NCBI GenBank assembly: GCA_030428865.1
Contig: JAUIEK010000009.1
Location: forward strand, 4,876-68,875
Reading direction: 5' to 3'
Length of the DNA stretch: 64,000 nt
Origin: Bacteroidia bacterium
Lineage (GTDB): Bacteria > Bacteroidota > Bacteroidia > Flavobacteriales > Flavobacteriaceae
The notes below the pieces were generated by a model. It saw only the letters and a program-made list of their open reading frames with translations, did not search any database and had not been told where the DNA came from. The translations under genes were made by a program, and so were the position numbers. Shown piece after piece: positions 8,522 through 15,689 of the stretch (positions within the stretch are counted from its first letter, which is position 1; every line of letters begins with the position of its first letter).

Positions 8522-9493
8522 ATGAAAAAACTGTTTTATACGCTTTTACTTATTTCTGTAGTTTTTACAGGTTGTAAAGAATTAAAAAAGGAAAAAAATA
8601 CATCTTCAAAAAAAGGAATTAGTATTGACTCTACAACTGTAAGGAAACACCTTTATACACTGGCTTCGGACGAAATGAATGGTAGAAGAGCGGGAACAGA
8701 AGGTATAGAAAAAGCAGCACAGTATATCGAAAAAGAATTTGAAAGAATTGGCTTAAAAAAATATGATACATTATCTACGTATCGTCAAAATTTTACATAT
8801 AAAAACATGAATATGTTTAATGTAATGGGTGTTTTAGAAGGAAAAAGTAAGAAAGACGAATTTGTAATTGTATCTGCTCATTACGATCACTTAGGAGCAA
8901 AAAAAGAGGGTGAGGGAGACTTAATTTATAATGGAGCCAATGATGATGCATCTGGTGTAACAGGCGTATTAGCTCTAGCAGAATATTTTGCTAAAAAAGG
9001 AAACGAACGTTCTATTTTGTTTGTTGCTTTTACTGCTGAAGAGATGGGATTGGTTGGTTCTCGTTATTTTGGAAAAGGAATTGACCCTGAAAAATTTGTG
9101 GCAGGAATTAATTTAGAAATGATTGGTAAAACCCCAGATACAGGACCTAAAACAGCTTGGTTAACTGGTTTTGAACGATCAGATTTTGGTAAAATTATTC
9201 AGAAAAATTTAGAAGGTACGGGATACAAACTATATCCAGATCCGTACAAGAAGTTCAATTTGTTTTTTAGGTCAGATAATGCTTCATTAGCCCGTCTAGG
9301 AGTACCTTCTCATACATTTTCTACCACACCTATTGATAGAGATAAAGACTATCATCAACCTAGTGACGAAGCGGAAACATTAGATATTTCTGTAATTACA
9401 GAAACAATAAAAGCCGTGGCAAAAGGAACAGAAAGTATTATTAGTGGAAAAGACACACCTACACGAGTTGTTATTGAAGAAAACAATAAGTAA
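8522..9493 (+). CDS. M28-family metallopeptidase lipoprotein
   Basis: Lipobox FTGC. M28 motifs SAHYDHLG, NGANDDASGV and FTAEEMGLVGS. Confidence 0.85.
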   Translation: MKKLFYTLLLISVVFTGCKELKKEKNTSSKKGISIDSTTVRKHLYTLASDEMNGRRAGTEGIEKAAQYIEKEFERIGLKKYDTLSTYRQNFTYKNMNMFNVMGVLEGKSKKDEFVIVSAHYDHLGAKKEGEGDLIYNGANDDASGVTGVLALAEYFAKKGNERSILFVAFTAEEMGLVGSRYFGKGIDPEKFVAGINLEMIGKTPDTGPKTAWLTGFERSDFGKIIQKNLEGTGYKLYPDPYKKFNLFFRSDNASLARLGVPSHTFSTTPIDRDKDYHQPSDEAETLDISVITETIKAVAKGTESIISGKDTPTRVVIEENNK

Positions 9494-9502
9494 GCTACAA
9501 TA

Positions 9503-10210
9503 TTGAAAAAAAACTTAATAAACTTAATAGACGTATCGACCAAGCAAGGAAAGATTTTTTCAATATTTATACAAGTACTCATAGTAGTATCTTTAATTTC
9601 TTTTTCAATTGATACATTACCCAATCTAGAACTAGAAACCCGAAGAGTTTTAGGAGTTGTAGAATTGTTTTCTGTAGTCATATTTTCTTTTGAATATTTA
9701 CTAAGAGTTTATGTATCTCCAAAAAGACCAAAGTTTGTATTTAGTTTTTTGGGAATTATAGATTTGTTGGCAATTCTTCCTTTTTATCTTTCACTAGGTG
9801 TTGATTTAAGATCGTTAAGAGCATTTAGATTATTAAGGCTTTTCAGATTATTTAAATTAGTGAGATATAATAAGGCGATAAATAAATTTTCTACAGCTTT
9901 AAAAGAAGCAAAAGAGGAATTAATTTTATTTTTCTTCATTACAATTTTATTATTATATCTATCAGCTGTCGGGATTTATTACTTTGAAAATGAAGCACAA
10001 CCTGATTCGTTTTCTTCAATATTTGATAGTTTGTGGTGGGCTGTTGCTACTTTAACTACAGTTGGTTATGGAGATGTATATCCCGTTACTGTTGGAGGAA
10101 AAATATTTACTTTTATAATCTTATTAATAGGGTTGAGTATAGTTGCAATTCCTGCGGGAATAATATCTTCTGCTCTTTCAAATGTAGTAAGTAAAAAAGA
10201 AATTAAATGA
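9503..10210 (+). CDS. small voltage-gated potassium channel (ion transport family)
   Basis: K+ selectivity filter TTVGYGD. S4-like Arg/Lys repeat LRSLRAFRLLRLFRLFKLVR. TTG start. The stop overlaps the mpl start (ATGA). Confidence 0.8.
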   Translation: MKKNLINLIDVSTKQGKIFSIFIQVLIVVSLISFSIDTLPNLELETRRVLGVVELFSVVIFSFEYLLRVYVSPKRPKFVFSFLGIIDLLAILPFYLSLGVDLRSLRAFRLLRLFRLFKLVRYNKAINKFSTALKEAKEELILFFFITILLLYLSAVGIYYFENEAQPDSFSSIFDSLWWAVATLTTVGYGDVYPVTVGGKIFTFIILLIGLSIVAIPAGIISSALSNVVSKKEIK

Positions 10211-11562
10211 AAATTCATTTTATTGCAATTGGTGGTAGTGCCATGCATAACTTAGCGTTGGCATTGCAAAGTAAAGGCTATCAAATTACAGGAAGTGATG
10301 ATACTATTCATGAACCCTCAAAAAGTAGATTACAAAAGAAAGGATTACTACCTGAATCTTTTGGTTGGTATCCTGATAAAATTACTGCAGATTTAGATGC
10401 TGTTATTCTAGGAATGCATGCCAAATCTGATAACCCAGAACTACTTAAAGCACAAAAGTTAGGACTGAAAATTTACTCGTATCCTGAATTTTTATTTGAA
10501 CAATCTAAAGATAAAACACGTGTAGTTATTGGAGGTTCTCATGGGAAAACAACTATTACTTCTATGATTTTGCATGTGATGCAGTATCACGAAAGAGAAG
10601 TCGATTTTATGGTTGGAGCGCAATTAGATGGTTTTGATACAATGGTTCATCTTACAGAAAAAAATGAGTTCATGGTTTTAGAAGGTGATGAATATTTGAG
10701 TTCACCAATAGATAGACGCCCTAAGTTTCATTTATACCAACCAAATATTGCTTTAATTAGCGGAATTGCATGGGATCATATTAACGTATTTCCTACTTAT
10801 GAAAACTATGTAGAACAATTTAAAATCTTTGTTGATTCATTAACAAATGGTGGAATTTTAGTTTATAATGAAGAAGATGAAGAAGTAAAACAGTTAGTAG
10901 AGAAATCAGAAAATCCGATCAAAAAATATCCTTATAAAACACCTAGCCACAAAATAGAAAATGGTATTACTTATCTTGAAACTTCAGAAGGAAATTTGCC
11001 TCTAGAGATTTTTGGAGAACACAATCTGCAGAATTTAGCAGGAGCAAAATGGATATGCCAGCATATGGGTGTAGATGAAGATGATTTCTATGAAGCTATA
11101 GCTTCTTTTAAAGGAGCTAATAAGCGTCTTGAAAAGATTGCAGAGAATTCACTAACCACAATTTTTAAAGATTTTGCGCACAGTCCCAGTAAAGTAATTG
11201 CTACAACTAGAGCAATAAAAGAGCAATATTCGAATAGAAAAGTAATTGCTTGTTTAGAATTACATACCTACAGTAGTTTAAACGCTTCCTTTTTGCAGGA
11301 ATATAAAGGAGCTTTGGACACTGCAGATGAAGCAATTGTTTTTTACTCGCCAGATGCTGTAGCTATTAAGCAATTAGAAGAGGTTAGCAGAGATCAAATT
11401 TTAAAGGCATTTACAAGAGAAGATTTAGAAGTGTTTATTAATCCAAAAGAATTTGAAAATTTTTTGTTGAATCAGTCTTTAGAAAATAGTGTTCTGTTGT
11501 TAATGAGCTCAGGAAATTATGGAGGATTAAACTTTGAGAAACTTATTTCTTTGGTTTTATAA
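10207..11562 (+). CDS. mpl: UDP-N-acetylmuramate:L-alanyl-gamma-D-glutamyl-meso-diaminopimelate ligase (Mur ligase family, Mpl-type)
   Basis: N-terminus MKIHFIAIGGSAMHNLALAL..GSDD and Mur ligase P-loop GGSHGKTTITSM. 451 aa. Confidence 0.7.
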   Translation: MKIHFIAIGGSAMHNLALALQSKGYQITGSDDTIHEPSKSRLQKKGLLPESFGWYPDKITADLDAVILGMHAKSDNPELLKAQKLGLKIYSYPEFLFEQSKDKTRVVIGGSHGKTTITSMILHVMQYHEREVDFMVGAQLDGFDTMVHLTEKNEFMVLEGDEYLSSPIDRRPKFHLYQPNIALISGIAWDHINVFPTYENYVEQFKIFVDSLTNGGILVYNEEDEEVKQLVEKSENPIKKYPYKTPSHKIENGITYLETSEGNLPLEIFGEHNLQNLAGAKWICQHMGVDEDDFYEAIASFKGANKRLEKIAENSLTTIFKDFAHSPSKVIATTRAIKEQYSNRKVIACLELHTYSSLNASFLQEYKGALDTADEAIVFYSPDAVAIKQLEEVSRDQILKAFTREDLEVFINPKEFENFLLNQSLENSVLLLMSSGNYGGLNFEKLISLVL

Positions 11563-12646
11563 TTCTTAACTGAATTAGTTTTTCTCTTCTCCAGTTTTTA
11601 TCCATAAAACGGCGATACATCCAAATTCTATTTTCTTTTCTAGAAAATGACTGACGTATAAATTTAACTCTCTTTTTAATAGCTATCTTTCTTTTCCAAG
11701 TCTTAAAGTACTTTGCACGGAATTTATCATCGTGTAGTATTCTGTTGTAAATTTCTAAGTATTTTTTAGTTTCATCTTTTTCTTGAAATAACAAACTATT
11801 AGAGTTGAAAGTTTGGTTGCATACGGCTAAAAAGTTATTAATAGGATTGAATAATTTGTCAAAATGTTCAATAGCTTTTAATGAATCTGTTTTTTGACTT
11901 AACAAGAACACATCATATCCGTTTCGTAAAGACATGTTATTAAAATACTGCCCATCGTCATTAACTTGTTTTGCTAAAATGGCTAAACACAATTGATTAG
12001 CATAACTCATAAAAGTAATTCCATCACTCGAAATAGTGTTTTGAGAAACAGTATCAAAATTGAATTCCGTTTCATATCCTTCAATCAATAATTCTTTATG
12101 AATCTCTACGGCTGCAATTTTAGAAGAATGATGGAGCCTTGGTAAGTGTTTGAATTGTGGAAAATGATAACTTTCTTTTGAGACATTTTGATAGTTATTA
12201 CTTACTAGTAATTCAGCTGTTTTTTCATACTTCTTTTCAGCGACGATAAAATCAATATCACCCACCATTCGCTCACTAATATCATTATAAATTCCTTGTA
12301 AAATAAGTGCTGAACCCTTAACGAAAATAGGATTGATATTATGTTGTTTTAGTAATAAATTGATTTCCTTTACTTGCCCAATGATTTGCATATTTCTATC
12401 ACGATTTAGTGAAGAAATATGTTCCATGTATGCCACAAGTTCGTTAGGTAAGAGAGATAAAAGATTCTCTTTTTTTAGGTTATGATACAGTGCAGGGAAA
12501 ACGAAGTGTCCCGTACTAACTTTAACTATGTTATCCCAATCAACTTTATCTTCTTTTATGTTTTGCTTGATCCAATCAAGATTCTCTTTTTCATAAGAAA
12601 TAGTTAAGCATCTAGCTATAAAAAACAAGGCTTCTTTATAAGTCAT
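11543..12646 (-). CDS. Pol-beta-superfamily nucleotidyltransferase (uncharacterised NTP_transf_5-like family)
   Basis: The hG[GS]-x(n)-D-h-D-h signature is present as KGSALILQGIYNDISERMVGDIDFIV. Overall it resembles the nucleotidyltransferases found beside HPr-kinase-like genes in peptide-modification loci. The start overlaps the upstream gene by 11 nt. Confidence 0.65.
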   Translation of the reverse strand: MTYKEALFFIARCLTISYEKENLDWIKQNIKEDKVDWDNIVKVSTGHFVFPALYHNLKKENLLSLLPNELVAYMEHISSLNRDRNMQIIGQVKEINLLLKQHNINPIFVKGSALILQGIYNDISERMVGDIDFIVAEKKYEKTAELLVSNNYQNVSKESYHFPQFKHLPRLHHSSKIAAVEIHKELLIEGYETEFNFDTVSQNTISSDGITFMSYANQLCLAILAKQVNDDGQYFNNMSLRNGYDVFLLSQKTDSLKAIEHFDKLFNPINNFLAVCNQTFNSNSLLFQEKDETKKYLEIYNRILHDDKFRAKYFKTWKRKIAIKKRVKFIRQSFSRKENRIWMYRRFMDKNWRREKLIQLRIIKPKK

Positions 12647-13766
12647 TCGAGAATAATTTAGATACTAAATCAATCATTTCTTGATTATCCGAATAAGTTA
12701 AGGAATAACAGGTAGTTGATTGAAACCAATCTAAAAAAGTTTCTACGTTTTCGGATTCTTTAGATATCCAAGAATCAGGCAGAAGTTTATGAAAAGCATC
12801 TACTTTAGAAATTTTTTTAAGTGCGGTCTTACTCTCTTTAGCGTATTTAATAAAAACTAAGATGCTACAATTTTCAGTTTTTTTATAGTTCTGATGACTA
12901 GGAGGTAAGTAACGAACAGTTTTGTCAAGAGGAGCAAAATAGTACTCTTTTTCTGTTTTTATTTGAGGAAAATAAGTAGAAAGTAAATTCCAGCTATTTT
13001 TCTTTAAACTAATAGCTGATGGAAAGGTGTAGACTTTTTGGTCATTTCCCATGGGGACAAAATCATCAGCTATGCAGTGAAAATTGTGTGCCTGTAATAG
13101 GGCTAAAGAAGTACTCTTCCCATCTCCAGAATCTCCTAAAAATAATATTGATTGTTCTCCATTACTTACTGCAGAGGCATGAAAAACGCCTAGCCATTCA
13201 TCTTCTGGTTTGTTGTAGATTTCTTCTACAACAAGCATATTTACTTTTCCTTGTAGAAAATGTATATCTCTTCTTTTCCAAACGTCATAAAATTTTTCAT
13301 TTCTATATAAAAACGTATCCTCTTTTTTAGAGAAAAGCTGAAAATGTACATGAATAGCTTCTTGTTTTTCCACTTCTAAATAAGAAAATTTAGGGTGGAT
13401 TAATTCGAACTCGAAATAAGATTGATATTCAAATAAAAAAACCGTGTTATTAATTCTGTAATATTTTTTGTATTCATAATCCCGATCACTCTCATAATTT
13501 TTTAAATGATGTTTCTTTTCAGGTTGAAATTTTATATTGGGCTCTACAATATTTTTGTTGACGTCTTTTATAAAGCTGATAGCATCCTCAACAGGTATAT
13601 TTAATTCATTTGCTAGTGATTTTCCTATAAAATCAATTTCTTTTTTTTGAATTAAAGCGATTACAATTTCAGCAGTTTTATTTTCTAAAACAAGATATTG
13701 ATTAGCGGGAGCCATCCAAAGAACAGTTTTATCTTCTATAGGTTTTGTAAGAAATTGAATGCTCAT
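12636..13766 (-). CDS. PqqD-like (RRE) domain fused to an HPr kinase/phosphorylase-like P-loop kinase domain
   Basis: The N-terminal ~75 aa (VLWMAPANQYLVLENKTAEIVIALIQKKEIDFIGKSLANELNIPVEDAISFIKDV) follow the PqqD/RRE pattern. The C-terminal half has the HprK-type Walker A and flanks: FHASAVSNGEQSILFLGDSGDGKSTSLALLQAHNFHCIADDFV. Confidence 0.7.
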   Translation of the reverse strand: MSIQFLTKPIEDKTVLWMAPANQYLVLENKTAEIVIALIQKKEIDFIGKSLANELNIPVEDAISFIKDVNKNIVEPNIKFQPEKKHHLKNYESDRDYEYKKYYRINNTVFLFEYQSYFEFELIHPKFSYLEVEKQEAIHVHFQLFSKKEDTFLYRNEKFYDVWKRRDIHFLQGKVNMLVVEEIYNKPEDEWLGVFHASAVSNGEQSILFLGDSGDGKSTSLALLQAHNFHCIADDFVPMGNDQKVYTFPSAISLKKNSWNLLSTYFPQIKTEKEYYFAPLDKTVRYLPPSHQNYKKTENCSILVFIKYAKESKTALKKISKVDAFHKLLPDSWISKESENVETFLDWFQSTTCYSLTYSDNQEMIDLVSKLFSNDL

Positions 13767-13775
13767 AATTTGTTT

Positions 13776-14996
13776 TTAAAATTTTTTACCTGTAAATAAG
13801 GACTTTATTTTTAACCAATACACTTGGAATATTCGTTTAACAATTTTATTGAATTTAAAATTAAATAATGTATTAATTAAATCATCAATTGTTGTTTTTT
13901 GATGAAAAAATCGAATTCTATTTTCAATTTGTTCATCCGTATATTTACTATACATTCGCTTGCTAGAGACCTCAGAAATTTGCCACTTTAACAAGTTATT
14001 TTTACGCCATCTTTTTCGATATTTTTGGAAATCGGCACTTCCATTTGATAGAAACTGATCAATATATTCACAAGCCATTTCTGCACTTTGCATAGCATAT
14101 CGAATACCTTCACCACCTAGTGGGTTTACAGCAGAAATTGCATCACCAACCGCAACTACTCGATCTTTGTAAAAAGTATCTTGTATACTAGGGCTATAAC
14201 GCAACGTTCCGCCATGTACATCTAGTAGTTTGTAATTTTCTGTTTTTATATACTCTTTAATAATCTTTTCAGTAAGCTTTTTAGTGGTTTTAGTTGTTTT
14301 CTCCTGATCTTTTGAAGCGATATGAATTTTTCCTGAACCAACTTTTAGAACCTTATTTTCCATTGGAAAAATCCATGAATAACCTTTTAGAGCCCATTTA
14401 TGTCCTAGAAAAAAGACCAATCTATCTTTATACTGATCATAAGTTTCTTGATTGACCTCAATTTGATATTCTATTCCGCTTCCTAAAACCATTTCGGGCT
14501 GATCATTTTTAGAGTCGTACATTACTTTTCGCAAAGGGCCTGTTGCGTCAACTACGAGTTTAGATTTGAATTGTATGTTTTTTGATGTTTCGCTATCAAC
14601 TAATTCAACAATAACGCCATTACTTAGTACCTCTTTCTTAACATACCGATGTCCCATTAAAACTGTAGCTCCTTTTTCTTGAGCTTCATCAGCTAAAAAT
14701 TGTCGCAATCTGCCAAAATCTAAAACAGCACCTTTTGTTTCATTTCCTTTCCATATATATTCTTTTTCTGAACATTGAATAGAAAGATCTTTCCAATACG
14801 AACCAATGACATTATCAGGTAAATTAAATTCTTTTAACGGAGCCAACGTCATACCCGCACTAGAGAAGTTATTGTCTTGAAAACTAGCGTAACGTTCTAC
14901 TAATAATACAGAATATCCTTTTTTACTTAAGTTTCTAGCTGTTTGACCTCCAGCAGGCCCACCTCCTATGATAACAACATCATACTCTACAGTCAT
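13776..14996 (-). CDS. FAD-dependent oxidoreductase (geranylgeranyl reductase / group A flavoprotein family)
   Basis: Dinucleotide-binding motif YDVVIIGGGPAGG at the N-terminus. GYSWIFPM and the GDAISAVNPLGGEGI motif are also present. I place the start at MTVEYD; the longest ORF runs to 15047. Confidence 0.8.
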   Translation of the reverse strand: MTVEYDVVIIGGGPAGGQTARNLSKKGYSVLLVERYASFQDNNFSSAGMTLAPLKEFNLPDNVIGSYWKDLSIQCSEKEYIWKGNETKGAVLDFGRLRQFLADEAQEKGATVLMGHRYVKKEVLSNGVIVELVDSETSKNIQFKSKLVVDATGPLRKVMYDSKNDQPEMVLGSGIEYQIEVNQETYDQYKDRLVFFLGHKWALKGYSWIFPMENKVLKVGSGKIHIASKDQEKTTKTTKKLTEKIIKEYIKTENYKLLDVHGGTLRYSPSIQDTFYKDRVVAVGDAISAVNPLGGEGIRYAMQSAEMACEYIDQFLSNGSADFQKYRKRWRKNNLLKWQISEVSSKRMYSKYTDEQIENRIRFFHQKTTIDDLINTLFNFKFNKIVKRIFQVYWLKIKSLFTGKKF

Positions 14997-15061
14997 TAAT
15001 ACTTTAATTTCTAAAGTGAGTAAAGATAGTTTTTCAAGACGATTCAATAAAAATTAAAAAT

Positions 15062-15097
15062 AAAAAAAACTCACTTTTATAAAGTGAGTTTTTTTTT
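15062..15097 (-). terminator. intrinsic terminator/attenuator hairpin between small peptide gene 1 and the flavoenzyme gene
   Basis: 8-bp stem, ctcacttt (15070-15077) with aaagtgag (15081-15088). An A8 run and a T9 run flank it, so the stem is followed by a U-run on either strand. Confidence 0.6.
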
Positions 15098-15121
15098 AAA
15101 TTCTGAATAGAAAAAACAATA

Positions 15122-15277
15122 TCAGAAACCTCCCCCTTGCCCTGATCCTGCTTGTGCGGTCTTAGGATTTAATAAAAAATAGGTTCCTAATGCAGTTAAA
15201 GCGGCGTATTTTCCATAATTACCTATTTTTTTTATGGCATCCTTACGAGTGATCTCGTTTTTTTGTGTATTTTTCAT
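15122..15277 (-). CDS. small precursor-like peptide 1 (51 aa): MKNTQKNEITRKDAIKKIGNYGKYAALTALGTYFLLNPKTAQAGSGQGGGF
   Basis: Translated by hand; it falls below the ORF-track length cutoff. ATG at 15275-15277, TGA at 15122-15124. It is a paralog of the ORF at 15502-15672, and the differences between the two copies are mostly synonymous. Confidence 0.6.
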   Translation of the reverse strand: MKNTQKNEITRKDAIKKIGNYGKYAALTALGTYFLLNPKTAQAGSGQGGGF

Positions 15278-15501
15278 GTTTTAATAGGCTTTAATTAAAA
15301 TTTTACTTGTTAAAAAAACATTCATAGTCGAGTTATAAAAACACTTAACTATTGTATTAGATTCCTAACTTTGCTACTGTTTTAAAGTTTGCTTTTTATT
15401 TTATCACAACTATAGGAATTTTCCATGATTATTTGATAAAATCCCTACAACGGTACAAATATAATTAAATTATTTAATATTTGATAAACTATTAAGTGTT
15501 T

Positions 15502-15672
15502 TTAGAAACCACTTCCTAGTCCCGAGGGAGTGGAACCCGCCTGAGCTGTTTTAGGGTTTAATAATAGATAAGTTCCTAAAGCGGTTAAGGTTGCATATTT
15601 TCCGTAGTTTCCTATTTTTTTTAAAGCTTCTTTACGAGTTATATCTTTGTTAGATTTTGATTGATCTTTCAT
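15502..15672 (-). CDS. small precursor-like peptide 2 (56 aa): MKDQSKSNKDITRKEALKKIGNYGKYATLTALGTYLLLNPKTAQAGSTPSGLGSGF
   Basis: Translated by hand. ATG at 15670-15672, TAA at 15502-15504. The start lies about 18 nt downstream of the stop of the 990-aa gene. It shares a 37-residue block with peptide 1. Confidence 0.6.
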   Translation of the reverse strand: MKDQSKSNKDITRKEALKKIGNYGKYATLTALGTYLLLNPKTAQAGSTPSGLGSGF

Positions 15673-15689
15673 AATAATATTAAATGTTG

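Noticed and set aside
9355-10248. Minus-strand ORFs 9355-9681 and 10066-10248
   Set aside because: They are antisense shadows of the M28 peptidase and K+ channel genes, both of which have clear family motifs.
13019-13330. 103-aa plus-strand ORF inside the PqqD-HprK gene
   Set aside because: It is antisense to a well-supported CDS, has low-complexity composition and contains no recognisable motif.
13776-14996. Flavoenzyme as a flavin-dependent halogenase
   Set aside because: I do not see the WxWxIP halogenase motif. The sequence has GYSWIFPM, typical of geranylgeranyl-reductase-like or group A flavoproteins. I left it as a generic FAD oxidoreductase.
15337-15501. Inverted repeat (acacttaa / ttaagtgt) in the spacer between the two peptide genes
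   Set aside because: Only 8-9 bp, AT-rich and about 145 nt apart. That is within chance expectation for this base composition.
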